A stretch of DNA of 64,000 nucleotides from the human T2T-CHM13v2.0 reference genome, Homo sapiens. Shown here piece by piece: positions 35,581 to 52,350 of this stretch. Below the pieces are notes generated by a model, which had not been told where the DNA came from, ran no database searches, and worked only from the letters and a program-made list of their open reading frames with translations. The position numbers and the translations under genes are program-made. Location: NCBI RefSeq assembly GCF_009914755.1, contig NC_060931.1; one strand, written 5' to 3'. Positions within the stretch are counted from its first letter, which is position 1. Each line of letters begins with the position of its first letter.

Positions 35581-36543
35581 GTGAGGACTCCTCAGGCTTG
35601 AGGACAACCCCACCCCCTCCTCAGTGGCTCACACATTTAGCTCCTTGTCCTGCCCCCCTTTATCCCAAACCTGCCCTCCTGAGGTCCCTGCAAAGAGCAC
35701 AGACCTGTGGGAAATCACACGTGGCTCCGCTTCAGGAAAAATCAGGAACACCTGCCCAGAAATTTGGGCTGCCTTTTTAGTCTGTGTCTCCTCTAGCCAC
35801 CCACTCTCTCCTGGATAGGGAGCTGCTACATGACCCATCAGGGCACCAATCTCCAAACAGCAGGAATTTCCTAAAGCCACACGGGTGGGAGGGCACAATG
35901 TCTCTGGGTGGGATGCCACGTAGCATGGAGGTTGGATACATTGGCCTCCCAAGTGAAACGGCTTAGCTTGGCAAACCTGTATTTTATCTGGGTTCGTCCC
36001 CGTCAGCCTGAGCATCATTCCTGAGAACATTTGTCCTCTGCAGGTTTTCACAATGGAAAACATTTTCTTTAACTTTGACTATTACATAGAAGGGTTTTGT
36101 TAGGGGGCCATTGGAACTACCAGATATTCCTGGATGTGGTCAAAGCCCTTGCTCCTACTTGTCTGAGTGTCCCGTCGACTGGGACTCATGATGCTTTATG
36201 ATCATTCTCTCCATTTTACTAATTGAAAAATAGGCATCGCAAAAGGCTGACCTAGGGACCCAGATTCGGCCTCTCCTACTTCTGCGGGGATGGGAACAAT
36301 GATGCCTCCCTTTCCTGACCAGGGTTCTTGTCTGTGTTCATGTCCCAGATGATGAGCGGCCTCACCTTGAGGACTCTTTAGGGCTCTCTGGATCCTGACG
36401 AAGTTGCAATGAGTATGAGTGAGGTGTGGAGGCAACAGGACTTGGAATTAGGGAAAGAACCTCAGTGCCTTGGGGATTTTGTTTGTCCCAGTCTTTCCAC
36501 TCAGCCTTAGGGTTTCATTACGGAACTGGGGCCCGTTTAGGTG

Positions 36544-37575
<1,032 letters not shown>

Positions 37576-37707
37576 CCCATCCCCATCTCCTGCGTAGAAA
37601 GAGGGTCTCTACTGGCTGAGAGATTCTCTGGCTCTCTGTGGTCACCTACAGGATTGTGTGGAAGGACATGGAGTAATGCAGCTCTCTCTCTTTCCTTGGT
37701 GAACAAG

Positions 37708-37842
37708 GTGGACTTCTGGCGTGGCCCAGCCAGGCCCAGCCTCCCTGTGGATATGAGAGTTCCTTTCTCTGAACTGAAAGACATCAAAGCTTATCTGGAG
37801 TCTCATGGACTTGCTTACAGCATCATGATAAAGGACATCCAG
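37708..37842 (+). CDS. CPA5: CPA5 coding exon 3 (pro-domain)
   Basis: aacaag|[45 protein letters not shown]|GTGAAG. Confidence 0.95.
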
Positions 37843-40759
37843 GTGAAGCCCTGCCCCAGCTGGGACCCTGCCTTCCGCCTTCCTTTCTGGTTGGGGCCCA
37901 ACATGGAGGAGATGTTCTCGGGGCTAAAAGTGGACATGTGGTTTCTGGGTCTCCATCAGCGTGTTTGTGAACATGCTGTGGAAGGAAGTGAGCCACACGC
38001 TTCTCAGAATCTGAAGCTAGGACAGGGTTCATGGGGGAAGCACTCACAGTGTGGGAGTGGAGAGGACGCCTGTGATGAGTCCTCCTGGGGAGGGATTTGC
38101 AGCTAATAAACAGCAAAGGTGCGGGGAGAAGGGAGACAGGAGGATGTAGCTGGGGTCTTCCCCAGGCACCGTGGGAAGGTGCCTCTGGATAGCTTCTTCC
38201 TTTGCTTATCTGACCACTCCCTCCTGTTCCCGCTGTGTCTCAGCCATCCAATGCCTGGGGGAACGGCTTTACTTCAGAGGATTGGGAAATGGTGAAAGAG
38301 CATTGTGTGGTTCAGAGCACTGCTGTGGTTCACTTCCCCCAACCTCCACCTCTTGGCTCTCCGCACGGGGCATCCCCCCAGGCAGCATTCTCCCAGAGGA
38401 ACCGCTTTGGGAGAAGCAGCTACAGACCTGCTCTTGGGTAGGACAAAGGTAGCCTTCATCCTGGACACCCCAGTCTCCCTGCTGCTTTCCCTGCATCTTT
38501 TCTGAACGTCATGAAATTCTATTTCAATTGTTCTATTTTCCAGTATATCCTAAAGAGCCCCTGAAACGTGCTGGTAGCACAGCCTCCTTCCTAGAGATCT
38601 TTGTGGGTACCACTCATTGGTTAAGCCTCCCCGGCTGCATCTTTCTGCAGCTGCTTGCTGCTGGCCGTGTACCTGTGGAACTGTATCCATAAAGATTCAT
38701 TCCCAACCTTGTTGTATGGCGCTAATCTCCCCTAAGGGCTCCGACTGTGGGAACACAGAGCCTCCCGGAGCGCACACACTTGACACCGTATGTCAGGGGA
38801 TCAACGCATCAGGCAGCATTCCGTTCCCATGCGAGCACAGGGCTGGGGAACTTTGGTCCTTTCAAAGACCTTTATCCCTCATCAGGCACATCTGTTTCCC
38901 GCTCAACGTGTGGGGGTGGGATATTTCTCTAATGAAATCCCCCACAAACAAAAATGGGGAAACTCCCGCAGACAAAAGAGGCTACCACATCAAAAGAAAT
39001 AGAACTGAATTCTCATTTTTAGCCAGGCCTCTGTTTTGAAGTTTCCATTTCCCTGGTTCAGCCCCACCCTGGGAACTCCGCAGCATTTGGCAAACAGACA
39101 CACAGAGGTCTCTAAAAACTTTCTGTTGATTTCTGCACATCAGGGTCCCCCAGAGTCCCCTCTGAGCCTCCCCCACTGGATTTAGCCTGTCCTCTCCCCA
39201 CATCCGCAGCCCCGAGTCCCTCTAGGGCTTTGCCCTCCCTCTCAGGAAAATGCTCTGACCTCTTAACCTTGATCCAGCCAGGCAGGATTTTCACCAACTC
39301 GCTCTTCCTGCAGGGATCAAGCACTCGCTGCCATACTTGAGATCATATTTTGGCTTAGAGGGAGCTGGGGGTGGGGTGGCTGATGTGTTGATGTGTTGAG
39401 GGATTGATGATGGGGAGGGGTCCAGGAGGAGGGAAGCTGAGATTTGCTAACAGGACGGGAAGAGCTTTGCACCCCTTGGGTTGCTGGCGTCCAGTCTTGT
39501 ATTTCAGATACAGATGCACGGGCCCGATTGTCTCCCTGTCCTCTGGATCCCCTCAGCCAAGTACTTGGCAATGTCCCCTGCAGGGTGGGCCCTCTGCGGT
39601 TGTCTGCTGAATGACTTGCTCGGTTGGGGAGTTCAGGACAGGCACAACCTTATTCACATGTGGGTCTTTGTTCCTCTGGCCCCCTCCCCTCAGCCAAGGT
39701 TCAGCTCCACGCTCCGTGTCAATCTTCCTACCCCAGTACCTACCATAGGACCTGCTGCTTCGTTGAGGCTTGATAAATGTCAGTGGAACTAATAGACATT
39801 CATTAGGAGGAGGAAAGGAAAGAGGAGTGGTCGTGTTTGGTGGCTAGGACCAGGCTGGAAAACCTCGATGCTGGTTTTTACTTTGGCCAGAGGCAGGGGA
39901 GATTTTGGAATCTCTCCCTCCCTCTGCCCTGTGATCAGAGGGATGCTTGAGAAACATGAGGCAGGGCCATTCATTCCACTCCCAGACACAGAGAGCCCTA
40001 CTGTGTGCTGTGCATCGGGCAAGGGGCTGGAAACACAGAGATAAAAAACTTGGCCCTGTATCCAGGACAGCTGGAGGGTCGCGGGGGCCGGGGATGGAGG
40101 GGGGTAAATCGGTGGTTACAATGGAGTGGATGAGCGACTGATGGAGTGAGGGCGGTTGCTATGGGAGCGCATACAAGAGGCACTGCACGCCGTGCTTCTG
40201 AGAAGGCGGTAATTACGGTGCGCTGAAGAGCAGGTGAGGGGGGGCTGGCCAGAGGAAGGGGGGCCCCCACCCCGATTGGTGATGAAGCCAGACCCCATCA
40301 CAAAGAGTGCCCTCCACCATGTGACGAGGTCAGGATTTTATCCTGACAACTAGGGGGGAGTCATGGGAGGTGCTTTCACATGATCAGATTTGCATTTCAG
40401 AAACACCACCCTGACAGTGACAGTGTTGAGTTGGGGACAGGACCAGGGAGAGACTGACAGGCAGGAGGGTGGTGAGGAAATTGCAGTGGGCCAGGCAAGA
40501 AATTATCTGATTCCGAGCGAGCTCTATTTGCATTTAATTTTTCTTCACCTCGTTCTTTTCAGCCCTTTGGTTTTTTTTTTTATTTTTTCCCTAGGATGAG
40601 TCACCATGGAAAAACTTCACTTGAGCAATCAGCTCTGTGGCTTTTAATGGCTTTTTTTCTGATTACAAAATTAATAAATATTCATGTTAGATAATTTGGA
40701 AAATAGTGGAAAGCACAAGGAGAAAACAAAAATCACCCATACTCTGACCATCTAGAGCA

Positions 40760-41645
40760 GAATACAATTGAGTGTAAATACTGCGTTGCCAATTTCCCTC
40801 GCCCTAGTGGATCACTCTCATCACCATGCAAATACAGTTATTTCTCCCATTTAAAAAAACCCTCTCTTGATCCCTTCCCTCTCCCCTCCAGCCATCACCC
40901 CATTTTTATGCTTCCCCATAGACTGAAACTCCTGAAAATACTGACTCTCCCTGTCATCTCCATCCCTGTCCGCCAGCAGGCTGCCCACCCCCTCACTTCA
41001 CCAAAGCTTCCCTCGACAATGTCACACGCAACTTCCAGATCCAACCCGATGGCCGACTCTCAATGTTCCTCTTCCAACAGCACAACTGGTCACTCTCTCC
41101 TTCCTGGAGCCTGTCTCTTCCCCTGGCATCCAGGACTTCTGTGTTCTGTCTCCAGCCAGCACCTCCTCTCCTGGATCCAACCGCCTACTCAGTGTTTCCA
41201 CCTGGGGGTGCAATGGGCATCTCCAACTTTCCAGGTCCAGACCAAGCTCCCCTGGCCCTTCATCGGTGCCTCCACAGCCCTCTTTATCTCAGGAAATGGC
41301 AACACCATCCTTCCAGTCACTCAGACCAGAAGCTGGGAGCCATTCTTGACCCCTTCCTCAAACTCCCCATCAACAACAGATTTATCGCTGCCTTCAGAAT
41401 GGATCTTAGCACATCCCACACCACCCCCGAGGGCCCATGCGCCATCTCGTCCCTCACCTGGGTTCTTCCAGTTGCTTTCTAACTGCTCTCCCCCATTCTC
41501 CACCTTGATTCCTTATTACCTAATCTCAAAACAGCAGCCAGAAGAGTCCTTTAAAACTATTGCAAATTCAAGCATGTTGTTCCTCTGCTTAAAACCCAAC
41601 TAATTTGGAGTAGAAGCCAAAGCCCTTGCAATGGTCATAAGGCTT
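40760..41645. mobile_element. L2 LINE remnant
   Basis: C-rich L2-like text (ttccacctgggggtgcaatgggcatctccaac...aaatggcaacaccatccttccagt...acagcagccagaag). Confidence 0.6.
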
Positions 41646-41654
41646 TTCATTTTA

Positions 41655-43436
<1,782 letters not shown>

Positions 43437-45112
43437 CTCATGAGAACATTTTAAAGTATGTGATAAAGTATGTGATAACATGACCTCCATTTTACAATGG
43501 GGAAACTGAGGCACAGAGATGTTAGTAATTTGATGGAGTTGGTGGCAGGATCAGGGTTTAACCTGAGCTCCCGCACCCTCAGACTCCACTCTCAAGGCAT
43601 CTGTCCCCTCAGTGGTCATCACTGTTGTCTGTGTGGCACTTTAACTTTGCCTTTTAGACAGGGAAGCCTTGTGGTTTGGCCTTGACCTCTGAGGGGGTCC
43701 ATTCTGAAAACTTCAGATCAGCAGCCACCCCCCACATCCAGTGCCACAGGACTGGAGTTGCTACTGGCCACATAGCTGCTACTGCAGATGTTAGACCTGG
43801 AAGAGAAGGCCAGGAACGTGGGAGGAGAGGCAGCGGCTGCTGTCCCAGAGCCCCCAACCCACTCTGTTTCCATGAGCTGCGTCCATTTTGCATCTGTGGC
43901 TGGAGTTCGGCTGTGAGAGATCCTGCTCTCCTCCGCCTCAGCTTCAGCACTGGGGCCCTGCTACCTCCTCCCCTGCCCAACCCGGGAGGACTGTTCTTCC
44001 CTTAGGGCCCCCATCCTTCCTTGACTCATCGTAAATTAATTCACACTGAGGTATTACTTTCCCTGTCAGGTTATGGCTTCCAGGGAGGCAGATGGCTTAC
44101 TTCTGAGTTGGTTGGTTTCTTTGTTTTGTTGTTTTTTCCTGAGAAGCCTGACAGGGCTGTCATTAGGCATTCCTCAGCCTGTGGCCTGACCGCATTCTTC
44201 CGTCACCCATCCCCTTCCCCCAGCCCCAGGAATGGAGCAAACGCTGGTGCATTTTCCAGGCCAAGGCAGATTCCTGTTCCTGGAAGTGGGGCCAGCTGTG
44301 AGGGCTGAGAATTCCCAGTTTGAAAGAGGGTGTCACCTCCATTCACAAGGCTGTGAGGGTGTCTGGAAAGTTATTTGCAGTTTGGTGCTGACTTCCCATT
44401 TGCCTCCAAGCTCTTGTGTGGAACAAAGGACAGCCTCCTGGGTCCTGTCTTCCTGTGGGTGTCCCAGGCTGTGTAGGGAAAATTGAGTCTTCTAGTCCTT
44501 TCTTTTTCCGATTTCTCCTCCCTGTCCTCCACTTTCACCCCAACTTCAGGCTTCCACCAGATCCTTGGAGACCCTTTGCCTTGTCCTCACAGCTGGCAGG
44601 CTGCTGTCTTCCTTGCAGCTGCTCGTCACAGCTGATGGCACCAGGCACACAGTGGCTGGCACACATTGGTCATGGTAGGCTGTTGAGATTTGGGTCAGCT
44701 TCCTGGGAAGAAGACAAATTCCTTTTGTTAGAGCTTCCCAGAAGTGTTTGTGAAGGGCCAGAGAGGACCGGGGCTCCTCCGGCCACATCTAACTTACCCA
44801 GCAATCCCAGCTTTGCCCCTGGCCAGCTAGTGCAGCTGGAAAACATCGCAACTGTAATTGCCTCGCATGGAGTTGGTGCTCAAAAATAAAGTGAGCCCCA
44901 AACATCAATTTCCAGTCCCATTTTTAAATCTATGAACCTGAACGTTGTGAGCAAGCCAACTAGGCCTCGGGGATGAGTGAGTCATTAGGCATTGCCTCAT
45001 CTGTGGCAGGTGGGGCGGGGAGGGACACCGCTCTTCCTGACGGGGGTGGAAGACTCCACAGCAGCCATTAGGGCTTTTGGTTTTGCTATTATTTATTCAT
45101 TTAAAAGTTCTG

Positions 45113-45372
<260 letters not shown>

Positions 45373-45707
45373 TTATTGAAGTAGTATAAGCACATTGCCA
45401 AAATGTAAAAATAGAGGATAGAAAAAATTTACTCCAAATCTGCCTTCTTCTATCTTAGCAGGCATTGCGAATATTTTGGTTTATATTTTTGGGATTTTAG
45501 TATCTTGCATTCTTATGCTCAGGGGTCCTTGAGTTTTCATCATTGTAAAAATCTTTCAAATTGAAAGAATAGTACAATGGAGTTTTTAGCTGTTGTTAAC
45601 ACTTGCATGCTCTTTCTGTCTACACACATATGCATACACACAGACATAAACATATCTGTGTATGTGTGTGTTTTTGTGCCTCTGTGTGTGTGTGTGTGTG
45701 TGTGTGT

Positions 45708-46012
45708 TTAGAAATAGGGTGTCACTCTGTTGCCCAGCCTGGAGTACAGTGGTACGATCATAACTCACTCTCAATCATAGCTCACTCTAGCCTCCAACTC
45801 CCGGGCTCAAGCAGTCCTCCTGCCTCAGCTTAAGTAGATGGGACTGCGGGCATGCGTCACCAAGCCTGGCTAATTTTTTAATTTTAATTTTTTGTAGAGA
45901 TGGGGCCTTGCTTTGTTGCCCAGGCTGGTCTCAAACTCCTGGGCTCCAGCGACCCTCCTGCCTTGGACTCCCAAAGTGCTGCGTTTACAGGTGTGAGCCA
46001 CCATGCCCAACC
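45708..46012 (-). mobile_element. AluJ preceded by (TG)n
   Basis: Antisense Alu. Confidence 0.82.
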
Positions 46013-47302
46013 TGCATATGTGTTATTACTGTTGGCCTTTAGTTTTGATAGTTGGCCTTAAGGAACCCAAGGGTACAGACTAGAATGCCTGGTTCTTATC
46101 TCACCTCCACCACTTGTTAGCTTTGCCATTAAGTCCCTTTACCACTCCAATCTGCTTTAGCTCTAAAACAGAAATAGCTCATTTCTGTCCTGTTTTCAGG
46201 TCATCTGACCAGATCAAGTGAGATCATGAACATAAAGAAGCTTGGTCAACTAAGGCTCTAGCCCCAAATAAGTTATCAGCAAGACTTAGTTGTGGCCCAG
46301 TGCTGCAAACAAAGGGCAACTCGCGTTAATGAGGATGCTTTCTCAGCATCCTCTGTGGCAGACGACCTGAGTACTTCCCACACTGGACAGTCTGTGCTGA
46401 ATCCTGGGGTGCCTTGGCTCCTGGATGCCATTATAAGGGCATGGGCTTGGGTGAAGGACACTAGCTCATCTCACTGTGACCCAAGCAGAGAAAAATGTCC
46501 CAAGATTATGTAGGTGGTCTGAGCAGTGAGTGAGTGGTTAACCCAACCAGGCATTATACTGCCCTCTGTATGGGCAGCGGGAAGTACCATGTAAGGCTTG
46601 AATGCTTGACTCCACGTTGATACCCAAGGACATTGCTTTTGGCTCATCAAGACTTGTGTTTAGGAGATAAGTGAAAGACCATTGGCACATTAATCATATT
46701 GATTTGGACTGACTTTGGCCATGCCTGGCTTTCTGAATGGCTTGGATACCAGTTGTCTAGGCTGTTTCCTAGAAGTGGAGTTAATGTTGGGGGTCAGAGG
46801 AACCCTCTGCTTCCCCCAGGGGGGTCAGTGCACATGGTTCACCTTGGGTCCTGACTCAACAGAGTGTTTATTAAGTGCAAAAGCAATGTTGGCAGTAGAC
46901 TGTGAGCACCTTTTTTCCCCCAAAAACACCTTCAAATCCATTATTACATTTTATCCTATGAGGTGGCAAGGCAGATATTGCTTTCCCAATTTTCAAGCTG
47001 AGGAAACTAAGGCCACAGTAAATTCCACAGCCAGTTAGTGGCAGAGGCAGACCTAGAACCCAGCTCTCTGGACTCCTTGCCCTGTGATCATTTGGGAAAT
47101 GGCAGCATGACTGCCAGCTTGCCAGGCAGAAGAATCAGCCAGCAACCTGGACCTTCCTTCTGTTGTGCAGTTCACACTCATGGTGGCTCATTCTCCTGTG
47201 TTGCTGCTGTCTTTATGCACAGCCAGTGGAGGCAGGGCTCAGAAGAGGCATAGCCAGCCCAGCTCTCCCCTTCCTTTCCAATATGTGTTCCCCATCACCC
47301 AG

Positions 47303-47401
47303 GTGCTGCTGGATGAGGAAAGACAGGCCATGGCGAAATCCCGCCGGCTGGAGCGCAGCACCAACAGCTTCAGTTACTCATCATACCACACCCTGGAGGA
47401 G
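47303..47401 (+). CDS. CPA5: CPA5 coding exon 4 (pro/mature junction)
   Basis: cacccag|[33 protein letters not shown]|GTAGGT. Confidence 0.95.
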
Positions 47402-47731
47402 GTAGGTCTGGCCGGGCAAGCTCTGGGCTCTCTTGTGTCTTTGGGCCCCTTAGGGTCTCCTGACTCAGTCAGAAACTAGTGAAGGACTCCAGGGTTTATG
47501 GGAAACTGTGACTGACACTTAGGGACTGTACAGCAGACATTAGGTTAAGGTCTGTTAGGCAGAGAGTCATATTCAAAGAGATCTGGAAGCCAGAATTCAG
47601 ATAGAGGGGACAGTAGTTCAACTGTACAGCCCTAGACAGGTACAGAGCAGAGTAATGGGTCTACTAGGCAGAACACTAACGCAGGGACCCATTATGGGCC
47701 AGAATAGAGCAGGTAGAAGCTACCTTCATCT

Positions 47732-47938
47732 TGACAGAGCAGGAGCGTCGCCATCTTGAACAAACACCACCATTCTAAGTTCCCCTGGATTAAAAAACTG
47801 CCTAAATCCAGTCCTTATAGTTATAAAAAGGACAAAAATCAGCCAGAAGCCCCTCCTGGGTTTATTTCTCTAAAATAAACTTGTCCTTGACTGTGAAGCC
47901 ACATTTTGTGTTTCTTTCCTCTTTCTTTAACTCTTACA
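47732..47938 (+). mobile_element. Internally deleted LTR19-like solo LTR
   Basis: TGACAGAGCAGGAGCGTCGCCATCTTG...TTTAACTCTTACA; TSD catct/catat; 207 bp versus 408 bp for the LTR at 74-481. Confidence 0.85.
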
Positions 47939-48856
47939 CATATCCAATCCTCCAGCTAGGGACCTAGGGCTCTCAGCCCGTGACCAGTCCTTGTGTTCAG
48001 TGGCCCCAGCCATGGGTGCTGGGGTATATAATATGAGGGGCAGGAAGCCAGGCACATTGGACAGCCATGTTTGTAGAATAAAAGGGAGGTGCCTTCACTT
48101 GGAGAAAGTTCATGACCACAGTTAGAGCCAGCCAGGGTAAGTGACTTGTTTATAAAGGAGAATGTACACAGAGGGTGCAGGGATGCCCACTCCAGAAAGG
48201 AACTCAAGGCACACGTCTCATTTTGCGTGTCAAAGGACATGACCTTCTTGATACCATCCATCTATTATCATCATCGCTTTTCCCACTTCACAAGTCATGC
48301 AATAGAGCATCCATTTTCTTTCATATATTTGTTAATTCAATTACATGTATTGAAAGAACAAGAGAATGAAATAATACAGTCTGTCACTATTTATTGATGC
48401 CAAAGATAAATAAAACAAGAACCCTGCCTTCAAGGGGCTTACAGTCTAAAAGGAGCGAGAAGATAAAAACAACACTACAAAGCCTGTCAGATCTGTCAAA
48501 CGGATTGAATGGGCCAAAGAATGGAGACAAGAGAGAATTTCTAACCAGAGAGAGCCATGTGGGTCAAGCCTGGGGATTTGAGCAGGCTCAGCACACACTG
48601 TTCTTCCAGGCAAAGGCATAGCTCTGCACAGAGCAAGGAGCCTGGGAATCCAGCAAGATCACAACTCACTTCCTTTAGCTCTGAGGGAGTGCTCTATTTT
48701 TGCAATTCTTTATCTGGGTTCTTTTAGACCCTCGAGGGTCTAAATACCCAAAGCATTGAAGAGAGTGGGAAGGGACAGGGAGAACATTCAGAGAGGCCCC
48801 AGTGTTCATCCCTCTTCCTGCTTAACTGCCAATCTTACACACTTCTTTCCTTTCAG

Positions 48857-48958
48857 ATATATAGCTGGATTGACAACTTTGTAATGGAGCATTCCGATAT
48901 TGTCTCAAAAATTCAGATTGGCAACAGCTTTGAAAACCAGTCCATTCTTGTCCTGAAG
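48857..48958 (+). CDS. CPA5: CPA5 coding exon 5
   Basis: tttcag|[34 protein letters not shown]|GTAAAA. Confidence 0.95.
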
Positions 48959-49721
48959 GTAAAAGCCCACAATGTCAACCTGTAGACTCTACCTTGAGGG
49001 CCTCTGGCATAAGATTGATCTCATATGGGGTAGTGGCTGGGCGGGAGTTTTGCGGAGAAGGACAATTTGTCTACTCCTGTCCCCAGGTGACCCATAAACT
49101 TTGGGGTTGTGGCATTCAGAGATCCACCCTTGTAGTATGAAGAGGTGACAGTGTGGTGACCTAGCCTGTCCTTGGTCAGGAAGTAGGTGGGAGGATGGCT
49201 AAGGAGTTGGGGCTGCAGATTGGCAGTTGTCACCCTGGACTTGGGGTGTGAGTGTGGGTGAGCTGGCGTTCTATTACCTCAGTTGCTTCATCTGTTCAAT
49301 GGGAAGAGAGGTACACAGAAGGCCCATTTGCTAATGAGGTCATCTGGCTTAGACAGCCCTACAGACATGCCTGAGTCTATAGAGAAGCCTCCCAGCCCTT
49401 CACAGGAGCCACTGGAACAGAATTCAAGCAACTCAGGACCCTGCAGTTCCTTGGGTCATGAAGGAAGTAGGAGATGTGAATGCAGAGCCCATCAGAAAGC
49501 AATTCTTAGTTTGCGCCCAAAAGGGCACCCGGGAGTGTGGACCCTGCGGGGCGTTTAGCATCAGCTGTCAGGAAGGGCAGGTGCCTGCTGCTGCTCTCAA
49601 CGATTCTCTGATGGGCTCCTCCGAGCAGCCAAGTGGACCCACCTAACTTGGGATTTGACTTAACCTGTCCCTGCTTCCATTTCTCCAGGGGCCATGGTCT
49701 TCTCTCTCTAATGTTGTCTGA

Positions 49722-49890
49722 AGCCTTGCTATTCAAAGCACGGCCCCTGCATGGCAGCATCAACATCACCTGGGAGCTTATTAGAAATGCCAAACCTCAG
49801 ACCCCTCCCCAGACCTACTAAGTCAGAATCTGCACTGGAATAAGATCCCCAGGAGACTCATGTGCCCATTAGAGTTTGAGAAACCCTGGT
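49722..49890. mobile_element. MER5A-type hAT element
   Basis: gcagcatcaacatcacctgggagcttattagaaatgc...tcagaatctgcac...aagatccccagg. Confidence 0.7.
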
Positions 49891-50151
49891 CTTAAGATAC
49901 TTTCAATCCTGGGAAATTCTGTGCTTCTGGATGGATCACTTTGCTCGCCAATGGCACCACCATATTTTCAAAGGCCCTCACACGTGTGCACTTTTGGGCA
50001 CATGGACAGGTACCTGCACACACACCCTCTTACCCAGTGCTTAAAGCTGCCCCAGGCACTGAGGATGCCTCGGGGACCTCCTTCCAGGTAGCCCAGAGAC
50101 AGTAGCTGTCTGAGTTCAAACCTCGGTTTGGGGCCCGATTCTTTTTCTCAG

Positions 50152-50253
50152 TTCAGCACTGGAGGTTCTCGGCACCCAGCCATCTGGATTGACACTGGAA
50201 TTCACTCCCGGGAGTGGATCACCCATGCCACCGGCATCTGGACTGCCAATAAG
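50152..50253 (+). CDS. CPA5: CPA5 coding exon 6 (zinc ligands HxxE)
   Basis: ttctcag|[34 protein letters not shown]|GTCAGC; His196/Glu199 correspond to His69/Glu72 of CPA numbering. Confidence 0.97.
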
Positions 50254-50597
50254 GTCAGCATGGACCTGTAGCCAAGGTGCACCCACGATGGGGGCTGCAA
50301 CTGGGGGCAGGAACTTACTATTTAAGGGCACCTTCAGTTGAACAGTTACACTCAGGGTGCTGTCTCCATCCCGCCCTTTGGAGCAGCCACCGTGCACTCT
50401 TACCTTTTGCAGCACGGAGCCCACATTGATCCCCTGCCTTCTAGTTGTTTAAAATCCAAGCCTTTGGTTCTGCATAAAAGATATACCTCAGGGGTTTCAT
50501 GCCATCCCTTCCTGCAGCCACTGGCTGTGAAAATGTCCTGTGCCACCTCCCAGGAGACCCAGTAGGGCCTCCCATCCCTCCTCACTCTTTCTTGCAG

Positions 50598-50708
50598 ATT
50601 GTCAGTGATTATGGCAAAGACCGTGTCCTGACAGACATACTGAATGCCATGGACATCTTCATAGAGCTCGTCACAAACCCTGATGGGTTTGCTTTTACCC
50701 ACAGCATG
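50598..50708 (+). CDS. CPA5: CPA5 coding exon 7
   Basis: ttgcag|[37 protein letters not shown]|GTGAGG (NPDG motif). Confidence 0.96.
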
Positions 50709-51132
50709 GTGAGGGAACCTGGGAAGGATGGAAGGAGGGGGTCAGCTCTAGGGGGATGGAGAAAAGGTCACTGTGCTTTGGGAACCAGCCCCTTCAGAGC
50801 CTCTTTGCAGAAGCCCTCACCAAGGGCAGGAGGGCTGCTCAGGTACTGCACCTGCAGCCTCTTGCCCTCTGACCTCTTTCTTGCTGCCCAGGGAAGGCCT
50901 CTATTGGCAGCCTGTGCCCAGGCCTCTCCCTAGACCCTGACTTCAACTGCACAGTATCTGAGCTGCATCTTTGGCCCAGCCCCATGCCAGCCCCATCCTG
51001 TCCTGGCAATTCCTTCCCTTTGCTCCTCCCTGCCCCACTAGGGTCCCCTACCCCCATAGGCCAGGATATCAGAGGCTCCCATCCCTGGGAATGGGCCCAG
51101 TGAATGAGGTCACCTGTCCTGGGCTTTCCCAG

Positions 51133-51223
51133 AACCGCTTATGGCGGAAGAACAAGTCCATCAGACCTGGAATCTTCTGCATCGGCGTGGATCTCAACAG
51201 GAACTGGAAGTCGGGTTTTGGAG
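51133..51223 (+). CDS. CPA5: CPA5 coding exon 8
   Basis: ttcccag|[30 protein letters not shown](G)|GTATGG; Arg127 and Asn144-Arg145 equivalents. Confidence 0.97.
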
Positions 51224-51730
51224 GTATGGCAACCTGCTGTCCTGGGGCAGGGTTGGAGAAGAGGTGTTGGCCCATGGCAGGTTCTCCCACTCAGTCAGAT
51301 TATGTTGACTCAACTTGGGAGGCATGGGACGATGTAGTCAGCTAATATGCATGAGTCACGGCCAGGGACAGGCAAGCACATACCTCAGACTGGCTGTGGG
51401 TACGGGAGAGGTTGTGTGTGTGTGTGTTGAGTGTACACATGTGCCAAACCTTCACGGGAAACAGTTAGGGGAGCCCCAGCTCCTGAAATGAGGACTAACT
51501 GCATGAGTCAAATCCTAAATATGACAGAGAAAGGCTTAAAGGAGGTACAAAGTAGCCTTGCTTGTTGTTCAAAATCCAGAGTTTATGGTGCTCCTAAAAT
51601 ATCCCTAGCCCTGCCCTGAAGGGAGCACAACATGAAGAAATGCCTCTGAACTCTTTCCCCGAGAGCTAGGACCTGAAATCTGCCCTCTGGGGAGGCCAGG
51701 GCAATAGTTTCAAGTGTCCAATAGAATTAA

Positions 51731-52350
<620 letters not shown>

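Noticed and set aside
40908-41603. Longest ORF in the track (231 aa)
   Set aside because: It lies in a C-rich L2 remnant, has low-complexity S/P/L composition and shows no recognisable domain.
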